Origin: Candidatus Azotimanducaceae bacterium
GTDB lineage: Bacteria > Patescibacteriota > Minisyncoccia > Phycocordibacterales > UBA918
Direction of reading: 5' to 3'
Length of the DNA stretch: 51,128 bases
Assembly: GCA_047616585.1 (NCBI GenBank)
Contig: JBLHGD010000001.1
Span: 1 to 51,128 of the forward strand
Of the stretch, positions 35,325-44,289 are shown one piece after another; position 1 is the stretch's first letter; each line of letters opens with the position of its first letter. A program made the translations under genes and the position numbers. The notes beneath the pieces are model-generated. The model was not told where the DNA came from. It saw only the letters and a list, made by a program, of their open reading frames with translations, and ran no database searches.

Positions 35325-36403
35325 AAATCAATATGTGGGTTAAAAACGCCTGTTTTCTCTCTGACCTTATCAACCCATTCTACATTATTTTTATACCAAT
35401 CAACGGTATCTTTGAAAGCGAGCTGGAAGTTTTTTTCAGGTCTCCAACCCAAATCATTACGAATCAAAGTTGAATCAACTGCATACCGTCTATCATGCCC
35501 TGGGCGATCGCCTACGAATTCAATCCATGATGTATCTTTATCAAAACATTCAAGAATGAGCTCAGCGATTTCATGGTTGTTTATCTCGTTGTCGGTTCCT
35601 ATATTGTATACGCTGCCCGATACGCCATTGAGCAAACATAACTCGAGTGCAGAACAATGATCTAACACATGTATCCAATCACGAACGTGTAACCCGTCGC
35701 CGTACAAAGGTAATTTTTTACCCTCAAGCATTCGTAACACAAAAAAAGGTATCAGCTTCTCAGGGTACTGAAATGGTCCGTAGTTATTTGAGCAATGCGT
35801 GACAATGACCGGCACGCCCCATGTATTTTGATAGGAACGACAAAGCATATCTCCTCCTGCTTTTGTCGCAGCATATGGCACATTAGGTGCAAAAGATGTA
35901 TCTTCTTTAAACTTCTCTTTGGTACCGAGCTCAAGCGAACCATATACTTCATCTGTCGATACTTGCACATACTTTTTAACCGTATGCGCACGTACCGCCT
36001 CAAGGAGATTATATACACCTGCAACATTTGTTTGTATAAATTCTAATGCGCCGACATGGATACTTCTATCGACATGCGTTTCCGCCGCAAAATTAATGAC
36101 ATAGTCCGGATTGTATTTTTCAAACACATGCGCAATGGTAGCTGAGTCTGCAATGTCCCCATGCACAAATTGATATCGTGGATGCTCTTCAAGGTCTTTG
36201 AGATTATCGGGATTTCCTGAATATGTTAGATAGTCAAGATTTACAATATCAGCATCTGGATATTTCTGAAGTATAGAGCGGATAAAATTCGATCCGATGA
36301 ACCCGGAGCCACCACAAACTAACATTGTGTTGTTATTGAATGTTTCTGTATGGACCTCTTTTGGCGTAGATTTTTGCAAAATGTGTTTCTTTTCGGCTGA
36401 CAT
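35297..36403 (-). CDS. rfbB: dTDP-glucose 4,6-dehydratase
   Basis: 368 aa with GGSGFIGSNFIR, NLDYLTYSGNPDNL, STDEVYG and YAATKAGGD motifs. Confidence 0.92.
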   Translation of the reverse strand: MSAEKKHILQKSTPKEVHTETFNNNTMLVCGGSGFIGSNFIRSILQKYPDADIVNLDYLTYSGNPDNLKDLEEHPRYQFVHGDIADSATIAHVFEKYNPDYVINFAAETHVDRSIHVGALEFIQTNVAGVYNLLEAVRAHTVKKYVQVSTDEVYGSLELGTKEKFKEDTSFAPNVPYAATKAGGDMLCRSYQNTWGVPVIVTHCSNNYGPFQYPEKLIPFFVLRMLEGKKLPLYGDGLHVRDWIHVLDHCSALELCLLNGVSGSVYNIGTDNEINNHEIAELILECFDKDTSWIEFVGDRPGHDRRYAVDSTLIRNDLGWRPEKNFQLAFKDTVDWYKNNVEWVDKVREKTGVFNPHIDLWKEHNLKK

Positions 36404-36409
36404 CGGCGC

Positions 36410-36415
36410 ATTATA
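36410..36415 (-). promoter_or_regulatory. -10 box positioned for a leaderless rfbB operon transcript
   Basis: Minus-strand TATAAT lies 6 nt upstream of ATG 36403, inside a 31-nt intergenic gap. Confidence 0.45.
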
Positions 36416-36434
36416 TCAAAATACCTGGGATGTG

Positions 36435-37382
36435 TCAGATTTCTTCCTGAACTATGTAAATAGGGCGTTTTTTCGTCTCTTCAAAGATTTTACCAACATA
36501 TAATGCAATTATGCCAAGTAGCGTCGTGAGAAGACCAAAAATAAGCCAAAGAGATCCTGTTAGAGTTTCTAGCGACTGTGAGGAACGCACATCAAAACTG
36601 TTTGTTGTTACAAGTACAAGGTATCCAGCGGCGACAATGGTCACGAGTGCACCCAATCTGACAATTATCCTCAGCGGTTTCTCCGAGTACGCCAGGATGA
36701 TATCTGTGGCTAGACTAAATAATTTCATAAACGAATACCCCGAAACCCCACCCTTTCGTGGCGCATGCTTAACTGGAACCACTGCCGTACGGAACCCAAC
36801 CCACCGCACCATGACAGAAAAATAACGCATATGATCCTCGATAGAAAGTACAGCATCAATAACACGACGTTGATAGATACCAAAATTTGCGAGCGTGCGA
36901 TCGTGCTGACGACCAGTAAGATAACCAAGTGTCGCGTAAAAACCCCAAGACACAAACAATCGCAAACGACTATCATGTCTCTCCTGGCGTGACCCAACAA
37001 CTACGTAGAATCCTTCTTGTGCTTTTTGATACATTCTTTCGATCGCTTCCGGAAGATCCTGAAGATCACAATCCATCACTACAATCCACTCACCACGACA
37101 TGCTCGGAGGCCGGCAGTAAGCGCTGGATACTGACCAAAGTTACGTGAAAGATTAATGCCACGAATCCGTTCATCGCTTAATTTTAACTTCTTAATTATC
37201 TCCCACGCGTTGTCCGGACTTGCATCGTTCACGAAAATAAACTCAAAATTTGGAGTTATAGATTCCAGGGTCTTTGCAGTACGTTCGTAAAGCTCACCCA
37301 GCACCTCATCAGAACCGTACACAGGAACCACCACCGATATATAAGGAGTTTCACTTTGATTCATAACAAAGTTATCATACAC
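36435..37382 (-). CDS. GT2 polyprenyl-phosphate glycosyltransferase (GtrB/ArnC/DPM1-like)
   Basis: 315 aa with ISVVVPVYGSDEVL...FIFVNDASPDN...VVMDCDLQD (DxD) and two C-terminal TM helices. Confidence 0.9.
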   Translation of the reverse strand: MYDNFVMNQSETPYISVVVPVYGSDEVLGELYERTAKTLESITPNFEFIFVNDASPDNAWEIIKKLKLSDERIRGINLSRNFGQYPALTAGLRACRGEWIVVMDCDLQDLPEAIERMYQKAQEGFYVVVGSRQERHDSRLRLFVSWGFYATLGYLTGRQHDRTLANFGIYQRRVIDAVLSIEDHMRYFSVMVRWVGFRTAVVPVKHAPRKGGVSGYSFMKLFSLATDIILAYSEKPLRIIVRLGALVTIVAAGYLVLVTTNSFDVRSSQSLETLTGSLWLIFGLLTTLLGIIALYVGKIFEETKKRPIYIVQEEI

Positions 37383-37418
37383 ATTTTTTGTCTGTTTAGA
37401 AAGACTTAGGTAGTGTGC

Positions 37419-38528
37419 TTATGTACTACGACTAAACGTAAGTACCTTTTCTGCTCTCTTTTTCCAGGTAAACTCCTTAGAGAGCTCATGCGCCGCAACA
37501 GCTCGAGAACGAGCATCACCAGAATTTGTGATGATTTGTTTGATGCTTTCCATGACAGACTTCGCATCTTCGGGATTATACAAAAAGACCTCTTTTTCAG
37601 AGACGACTGAAGTAATACTTGGTACATTTGCGGCTAAAAGCGAAACATTCGAGGTCATATAACTGAAAAGCTTAAGTGGAGAAGTGTACTTTGCAGACAA
37701 GTCATTCTTCGAAGAATTTGTACACACAAGAATATCTCCCGCTTGTTGATTATCTGCAAGTTCGCGATATGGTCTCTGTCCTAGAAATCGCACACGTGGA
37801 TACTTCTGAGCATACATTTCTATTGCGGCGTCAGTTCCACCGACTGCAATGAAAGACACCTCAGAAAAAGTACTTGCGGTCTCAAAAAGCACATCGACCC
37901 CCTTCCAGGCGTCCAAGCCGCCAATGTACATAACCACAGGCTTGTCTGTCGCAATTCCTAAACGAGCACGCGCTGTTTCTCTTGACTCCAATGCTCCAAA
38001 AAAAGACTCGTCAATTCCGTCATGAGCGACACATATTTGAGCCTCAATAACACCCGTATCAACATAAAACTTTTTAATACCTTCGGAGATAGCAACACAT
38101 TTTACCCCTCTTTTAAGAAGGGACCGCGCTGCAAAATTGAACTTTGCCTCATGTGATTCCCATACTATTTTTTTTGTTGGTGTAAAAATTGAAACAAACC
38201 ACAACACTATTTCATCTCTAGAATAGACAATATCTGACTTATTTTTGATTAAGTAGAAAATCGCCTGAATCGAAAATACAAAGAGACCTAAGAAATAACC
38301 AAATTTTGAACCAATGCTCCATGGCTCACAAAATGTATAGAGTACCTTAAAGCTCTGGGGGATTCCGTAATATGTAGATGTATCTTCAACAACACCATTT
38401 TTCCGGTAAGGAACTACGAGTGTCACGTCTGCGTTATTATGCGCAAACGCATTGCACATATGCGCGATTTGCGCACCATGAGCACGCTCTGACGGGAATC
38501 GCACATACGCTAAGTAAGTAATTTTCAT
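37419..38528 (-). CDS. Glycosyltransferase, GT4 family
   Basis: 369 aa with a GT-B architecture and a C-terminal Glycos_transf_1-like region (GDILVCTNSS...SPLKLFSYM). Confidence 0.82.
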   Translation of the reverse strand: MKITYLAYVRFPSERAHGAQIAHMCNAFAHNNADVTLVVPYRKNGVVEDTSTYYGIPQSFKVLYTFCEPWSIGSKFGYFLGLFVFSIQAIFYLIKNKSDIVYSRDEIVLWFVSIFTPTKKIVWESHEAKFNFAARSLLKRGVKCVAISEGIKKFYVDTGVIEAQICVAHDGIDESFFGALESRETARARLGIATDKPVVMYIGGLDAWKGVDVLFETASTFSEVSFIAVGGTDAAIEMYAQKYPRVRFLGQRPYRELADNQQAGDILVCTNSSKNDLSAKYTSPLKLFSYMTSNVSLLAANVPSITSVVSEKEVFLYNPEDAKSVMESIKQIITNSGDARSRAVAAHELSKEFTWKKRAEKVLTFSRST

Positions 38529-38647
38529 ATTTTATTTTGGATAAAAGTCATCGTACCAAACTATGTGATTTTCAACTCCGACTTCGATTTTATTTTTTTG
38601 CGGAGTGGCTCTCCTTGTTACATATTAAGTGCAAATTGATAGCAGCT

Positions 38648-39667
38648 TTATTCCCTAGAGACTAATTTCCTATCAGAGTCTACCATTGATTTTATGAGCT
38701 CTTCGAAAGAGTATTTCGGCACCCACCCAAGAACAGACTTTGCTTTGAGCGGATCACCATGGAGGAAATTTACTTCGCTCGGTCGGTAAAATTCTGGATT
38801 GACTTTGACTAGAATTTTACCCGTATGAGCATTTGTTCCAATTTCATCCACTCCCTCACCCGTCCACTGTATATCAAAGCCGAAATGATTACCGGCAATG
38901 GTTGCGAAGTCGCGCACGGTATGCGCTTCGCCGCTGGCAATGACAAAATCTTCTGGTTTTTCTTGTTGCAGCATCATGTGCATCGCTCCGACATAATCCT
39001 CTGCGTGTCCCCAGTCTCGAATCGCATTAAGATTTCCAAGCTCTAGATGGTCCTGCTTACCTGCGGCAATTTTTGCAAATGAATAAGTTATTTTCCTCGT
39101 TACGAATTGCTTTCCTCGACGAGGTGACTCGTGATTAAATAAAAAACCTGAAGCGAGAAAAGCTCCTCTTTTTTCTCGAATCCCAACAATAAAATCCTCG
39201 TGTGCCCTTAATTTTGCGTCCCCGTATGGACTTTGCGGATCAAAAGGAGTCTCTTCATTCTGAGGAGCTGGAGAATTACCAAACATCTCACTTGTGGATG
39301 CTTGATAAATCTTTATCTTTGGGTTTGCTTTAAGTGCTTCATTGACGATTCTGCCAACTCCGTAATAGTTCACATCCCACGTCTCATCGGGGCACTCAAA
39401 GGAAACCCCAACATGTGACTGCGCTGCAAGATTATAGATTTCATCAGGCATAACAGTTTGCATGATTTCAGAAATTCGATTCAAATCTCTTAAGTTTCCA
39501 TAATGAAAATGCACCTTTCTTCCCGAAAATAAATCAGCCAGTTGTTGGGTTGGGTCATTACTGGTCCTTCTCAACAACGCATGAACTTCATAACCTTTAT
39601 CCAGCAACAAAGGCGCCAAATAAGAACCATCTTGTCCACTAATGCCCGTAATAAGTGCTTTTTTCAT
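38648..39667 (-). CDS. gmd: GDP-mannose 4,6-dehydratase
   Basis: 339 aa with MKKALITGISGQDGSYLAPLLLDKGYEVHALLRRTS, STSEMFG, YGDAKL and FNHESPRRG. Confidence 0.95.
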   Translation of the reverse strand: MKKALITGISGQDGSYLAPLLLDKGYEVHALLRRTSNDPTQQLADLFSGRKVHFHYGNLRDLNRISEIMQTVMPDEIYNLAAQSHVGVSFECPDETWDVNYYGVGRIVNEALKANPKIKIYQASTSEMFGNSPAPQNEETPFDPQSPYGDAKLRAHEDFIVGIREKRGAFLASGFLFNHESPRRGKQFVTRKITYSFAKIAAGKQDHLELGNLNAIRDWGHAEDYVGAMHMMLQQEKPEDFVIASGEAHTVRDFATIAGNHFGFDIQWTGEGVDEIGTNAHTGKILVKVNPEFYRPSEVNFLHGDPLKAKSVLGWVPKYSFEELIKSMVDSDRKLVSRE

Positions 39668-39676
39668 ATTTCGTAA

Positions 39677-40540
39677 TTAAGCCTTAAGAACTTGATTTAA
39701 AAAACCAAAACCTTTTTTATGTCCAAACCGTATCCCAACTAAATACTCTCTTGGTGTCTGGTAGACCTCAGTAGGCGTTTTTGCTGTTAAATTATGTAAT
39801 TGATCTTCCTTCACAAAAAAGGCATTGTAGCCACTTAAACTGCAGCACACCAAGGCATATCCTTTTGGCTGCAATAAATTAAATATCTTCTGGAGTGATG
39901 CACCATGATACATAGTTCTGTCCCAGCCAGTATATCCATCTGCATCAACTGACACCTCATGCGGCGGTCGAAACTCAGGGTTGTACTCCACACAGAGTAC
40001 TCGAGGACCTAAATCTATAACGTGTCTAAGCACTTCGTAATCAAAACCGTCAATATCTAGAGAAAGAAAATCAATTTCCTTCGGGCGTACACCAAGTTGA
40101 GCCACTGATTCTGAAACAGATGCTATTGCATTATCAGGGTATATAAATTTTTGGCTAATAACTAACTTCCCAGGAGATGGGTGTGTATTTTTCTTGATAA
40201 ATTCAATATTCTCTTCACCACCGTCAATCCAGACACCCTTCCAGCCTCGAAGAAGCAACAGGTGTGTATTATTTTCTAAACCATTTCCGCACCCAATCTC
40301 AACAAACACTTTATTCTTCTCTGAAATGTCACTGAAAATAGCCTCAATAATTCCATCTTCGTCTACCTGGCTAAACACCTTGTAACCCTTCAAGAGTATG
40401 TGATCTGGGTCAGACTCACGAATCTCAGACATCAAACTTCTGTACTGACTTATTTTATGAGACATATTTATCTCTCTCAAATACTCATACGTCTTGATGT
40501 TTGCAGTAAGTATTTGTTTGAACTTTTTGAATACGTTCAT
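39677..40540 (-). CDS. SAM-dependent methyltransferase (FkbM-like)
   Basis: The start is set at ATG 40540 (MNVFKKFKQ...). The track start is a TTG that overlaps the previous gene. Motifs are VFVEIGCGNGLENN and IDFLSLDIDGFDYEVL. Confidence 0.7.
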   Translation of the reverse strand: MNVFKKFKQILTANIKTYEYLREINMSHKISQYRSLMSEIRESDPDHILLKGYKVFSQVDEDGIIEAIFSDISEKNKVFVEIGCGNGLENNTHLLLLRGWKGVWIDGGEENIEFIKKNTHPSPGKLVISQKFIYPDNAIASVSESVAQLGVRPKEIDFLSLDIDGFDYEVLRHVIDLGPRVLCVEYNPEFRPPHEVSVDADGYTGWDRTMYHGASLQKIFNLLQPKGYALVCCSLSGYNAFFVKEDQLHNLTAKTPTEVYQTPREYLVGIRFGHKKGFGFLNQVLKA

Positions 40541-40550
40541 AGCAGTGTAA

Positions 40551-41207
40551 TTAGTTTCGTAACGTAACCTTGGCAAAACTTATATCAAGTCTTCCAAAAT
40601 CTGGGTTGTTAAAAGAATCTATTTCGGGCAATATTTCAAGATTATAATATTCTGTATCGATTGCATCTACAGTCAACTTAGAGCCGCCGTCGACTCTGTT
40701 CCTCCAGTAATCATCAAAAATCACAATAGTGTCTTTATGCATTAGTGTACGCACATTCTCCCAGTCACTTAAAACTGTTTCATTGCTGTGCCCCCCATCA
40801 ATAAAGATGAAGTCCATTTTTGGAAGACTCGATATTGCAGCAGGTAAACTCTGTAGAGTATTTCCTGTAAATAAGGAAATATCCGCTCCAGTTTTTTGCA
40901 GGAGACTTTCAACTTCTGATTTGCTTGGTGGCCATTTTGACAACTCTTCTTTATGCTTTTCTTCAGTCAGTTCTTCAAAAAGATCAAATCCATAATATGA
41001 AATATCAGAATTATACTTTTTAGCGCGATCAATCATTTCAACAGCCCTCTTTCCGTTCCACACTCCCACCTCAAGAATCTTCTGTGCTCTGAGGTGCGTA
41101 ATTGATTTAAATAGATTTTTATATCTCCGTGGTCCTTTTAAAACTCGATATAACAACGAGTATAAATCTGGAAACATCGACCGCAAAAGATTCCTGACTT
41201 TTTTCAT
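40551..41207 (-). CDS. Class I SAM-dependent methyltransferase (Methyltransf_24 / CmcI-TylF-like)
   Basis: 218 aa with ILEVGVWNGKRAVEMI and MDFIFIDGGHSNETVLSDWENV. Confidence 0.8.
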   Translation of the reverse strand: MKKVRNLLRSMFPDLYSLLYRVLKGPRRYKNLFKSITHLRAQKILEVGVWNGKRAVEMIDRAKKYNSDISYYGFDLFEELTEEKHKEELSKWPPSKSEVESLLQKTGADISLFTGNTLQSLPAAISSLPKMDFIFIDGGHSNETVLSDWENVRTLMHKDTIVIFDDYWRNRVDGGSKLTVDAIDTEYYNLEILPEIDSFNNPDFGRLDISFAKVTLRN

Positions 41208-41295
41208 ATAGTTACGTATCGAAATTACAGAGTATAAAGTTAGCTCAAGACCCCATCATACAGTAACGTGTATATAATACAAAACTAAGTACACA

Positions 41296-42333
41296 TTACA
41301 CAATTTCTATGGCGGCAACTATCTTTTGGCCAAAATTCTTCCATGTTAGGTGTGAGACAGTATTTCTTATCTCTATACGGCTTCTTTTCTCAAAAGCATT
41401 ATCTATCAAATTTTTTATATCATTAGTTTCAGAATCCACATCAAAAATGAAACCGTTTTTGTCATTGGTGATTACATCTCCAGCAAAACCTGTATCACTT
41501 ACAACAGGAAAGGTCCCACAAAACATTGCTTCGAGCAACGGAACTGGTCCTCCTTCCAATTTTGAAACCGAAACGAAAACATCCATCTGATTAAAATACG
41601 TTTGATAGTGAGCATACTCAGTCTCCACGTACTCAAAATATTCAAGCGCTTCGATTTCTTGAAAACGCTTAAAATTTTTCCATTTATTTCCAAGCAAGAT
41701 CACTCGGTAGTCACCCAACTCTTTGATGAGATCAATAACCATTCCAAAGTTTTTTCTCTCAAAATAATCTGGCCAATCTTCATACTTAACACAAAAACCA
41801 ACAGTCTTTTTGGTAGCACCTGAGCTGCTGTCGATGGTGAACACGGTATCGTCTACTCCAGCCATCGCCAGGATAATTTTTTCTTCCCCTACCCCTATAC
41901 TCATCAGAAAACTTTTATCTTTGCTATTCATAACAAAAATCCGTTTTGTTAAATTCAAAATACGGCCGAGTTCATCAGTTGAAAAGTATCCTTCGGTATA
42001 GTGTGTGTAGTACACATAAATGTCCCCTTGAAATATATGAGGATTCTTAATTGCAGCAGCCATGAACTGCCTGTACACCGAGAAAAAATATGCCTTTGCT
42101 TTGGGTATATGATCTATTGAATAATGCAGCACTGAAGACCCCTCAAAGCAGGCATCAATTTCTTTACATATTCTTTCCAAGATCCAACCTTTACCAGCAA
42201 CCACAAAGACCAAATCTGTTTTGCTGGTCCTGAAGTAATGTACATAAGAAAATAGATAGATTAGGTAATACAAAAACGAATACCCGTACGGAATCTTCGA
42301 AAGACAATTCTGAACAATTTTCTTGAGATTCAT
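41296..42333 (-). CDS. Glycosyltransferase (GT-B, Glycos_transf_1-like C-terminal domain)
   Basis: 345 aa. The C-terminal VSKLEGGPVPLLEAMFCGTFPVVSDTGFAGDVI is an EX7E-type motif region. Confidence 0.72.
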   Translation of the reverse strand: MNLKKIVQNCLSKIPYGYSFLYYLIYLFSYVHYFRTSKTDLVFVVAGKGWILERICKEIDACFEGSSVLHYSIDHIPKAKAYFFSVYRQFMAAAIKNPHIFQGDIYVYYTHYTEGYFSTDELGRILNLTKRIFVMNSKDKSFLMSIGVGEEKIILAMAGVDDTVFTIDSSSGATKKTVGFCVKYEDWPDYFERKNFGMVIDLIKELGDYRVILLGNKWKNFKRFQEIEALEYFEYVETEYAHYQTYFNQMDVFVSVSKLEGGPVPLLEAMFCGTFPVVSDTGFAGDVITNDKNGFIFDVDSETNDIKNLIDNAFEKRSRIEIRNTVSHLTWKNFGQKIVAAIEIV

Positions 42334-42342
42334 GACACCAGC

Positions 42343-43290
42343 CTATGATTTATAATATTGTGTATACCAATCAATAAAATTAGCTACTCCTTCTTTAATC
42401 GAGGTGGTCGGACTATATCCAAGCAACGATTGAGCCTTGGTTATGTCAGCATATGTTTCAGGCACATCCCCCGGTTGTAGTGGCATGAAGTTTATTTCGG
42501 CCTTTTTCCCTAATATGTCTTCGATCGTCTTGATGAACTCCATCAAATGGACCGGCTTTCCATTCCCGAGGTTGATAATTTCAAAACCTTTTGTCTTTTC
42601 AGTCGCAAGTACAAATCCTGAAACAATATCGTCTACATACGTAAAATCACGACGCATCTCACCATTATTGTACACATCTATCGGCTGCCCTTTCAGGATT
42701 TTATCAGTGAAAAGAAAGAGTGCCATGTCTGGCCTTCCCCACGGACCGTAGACCGTAAAGAACCTTAGACACGTAATGTCCATATCGTACAGATGCGCAT
42801 AGGTAGCGCCCAGAAGTTCACCGGAGCGTTTGGTGGAAGCATATATAGACATGGGTTCTCGTACGGGATTCTCCTCAGTAAACGGCATGTCTGTGCTTGT
42901 GCCATACACCGATGATGTTGAGGCAAATACTACTTTCCTGATGTCGTATTTCCTGGCGAGCTCAAATATATGGAAGGTGCCGATATAATTTGTCTGTATA
43001 TATATTTCGGGGTGCTCAAGTGAATACCGAACACCCGCTTGTGCCGCCAAATGACACACCGCGTCAAACTTCTCAGATTTGAAAATTTCCTCCAGCGCTG
43101 TTATGTCAGTGATATCAACTCGATGCACAACTACGTCTTCTGGAAACCTCTTGAGTCGAGCTTCTTTAAGGATAGGATCGTAGTAATCATTTACAATATC
43201 AACAACGGTCACCTTGTGTCCCTCAGATAAAAACCGTAGGACGAGATGATGTCCAATAAATCCAGCTCCGCCTGTAACAAGATAATGCAT
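42343..43290 (-). CDS. NAD-dependent nucleotide-sugar 4-epimerase (UDP-glucuronate 4-epimerase-like)
   Basis: The start is set at ATG 43290 (MHYLVTGGAGFIGHHL); the track start is a GTG. Motifs are VNDYYDPILKEARL, STSSVYG and YASTKRSGE. Confidence 0.88.
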   Translation of the reverse strand: MHYLVTGGAGFIGHHLVLRFLSEGHKVTVVDIVNDYYDPILKEARLKRFPEDVVVHRVDITDITALEEIFKSEKFDAVCHLAAQAGVRYSLEHPEIYIQTNYIGTFHIFELARKYDIRKVVFASTSSVYGTSTDMPFTEENPVREPMSIYASTKRSGELLGATYAHLYDMDITCLRFFTVYGPWGRPDMALFLFTDKILKGQPIDVYNNGEMRRDFTYVDDIVSGFVLATEKTKGFEIINLGNGKPVHLMEFIKTIEDILGKKAEINFMPLQPGDVPETYADITKAQSLLGYSPTTSIKEGVANFIDWYTQYYKS

Positions 43291-43337
43291 ATGCCTGCAT
43301 AATACCACAGACTTTCTGGGCTGGTATATATCACTAT

Positions 43338-44183
43338 TTAGACCCCATACACGTCCCTCACAAGATCTTGACTCTTGTTAGAGTGCCGTAACAGTTCGAG
43401 GTTCTTTTTCTCCAGAGATTGAAGTACCGCAAGTCCATTCTGATCTTCGGGCAAAAGCGTCTGATACAAATGTCGAAACGCTGCCATATCCTTTATGAAA
43501 CAATTACCGCCCGCGCCGCGCCCATCTTTGTGTACAGGACTATTGTAATATGCAGACATCATTGGATCGTTGTCCATCATTTGCTTCATGTCTTCCCACT
43601 GTGCGCCCTTCTTCTCTCCAACCTCGTACAATAAATTCGATAGGATGACGCGCATATATCCGTTGAGATTGTGTGCATACTTATACAACTCTGCAGTCTG
43701 TGAAGTAACAATGGAATTGTGCGGAGATTTTGGGAGGATACCCATGACCCGCTCCCCTGCTTTTTTGTGTGCATCAGTATCTAGCGATACACCAATAACG
43801 TTCATGATTGGATTCGCCACATCATATGCTGCTGTTGTCTCACATAAAAATTCTGGGGAGAAAAGTACTATCTTATCTGGATGTGCACTTTGTAGTTCTG
43901 CGGTTGTACCGGGGAGCACTGTCGATTTGATAACTACAACGCTGCCATCAGAAACAAGCGGCAGTACCTTTTTTATAATACTGTAATCAAAACCTTCGGG
44001 GGTGCTTGGAGTCGGGACACCAATAAACACAATATCGCACTGCCCAATCATATCTGCATTATCACTGTATTGCGGTTCAAGAGAATAGCGAACTACCTCA
44101 TACTCTCGATTTTCAAAATCGTCGGCAATGTTTTTTCCTACAAACCCCTGTCCTATACATCCGATTTTCATTGATACATCCAT
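43338..44183 (-). CDS. UDP-glucose/GDP-mannose dehydrogenase-family protein lacking the C-terminal nucleotide-sugar-binding domain
   Basis: 281 aa with an NAD-binding N-terminus (MKIGCIGQGFVGKN), SPEFLCE and the catalytic-Cys motif GAGGNCFIKD. The ORF ends about 100 aa earlier than typical UGDH enzymes. Confidence 0.78.
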   Translation of the reverse strand: MDVSMKIGCIGQGFVGKNIADDFENREYEVVRYSLEPQYSDNADMIGQCDIVFIGVPTPSTPEGFDYSIIKKVLPLVSDGSVVVIKSTVLPGTTAELQSAHPDKIVLFSPEFLCETTAAYDVANPIMNVIGVSLDTDAHKKAGERVMGILPKSPHNSIVTSQTAELYKYAHNLNGYMRVILSNLLYEVGEKKGAQWEDMKQMMDNDPMMSAYYNSPVHKDGRGAGGNCFIKDMAAFRHLYQTLLPEDQNGLAVLQSLEKKNLELLRHSNKSQDLVRDVYGV

Positions 44184-44289
44184 AACTTATATAGTTTTTA
44201 TAATTTTAACAGGTACGCCAGCAACCACAACATTTACGAAAAGATTGTGTGCCACCAACCAGAACATCAAATACACACGTGAAAATTGA

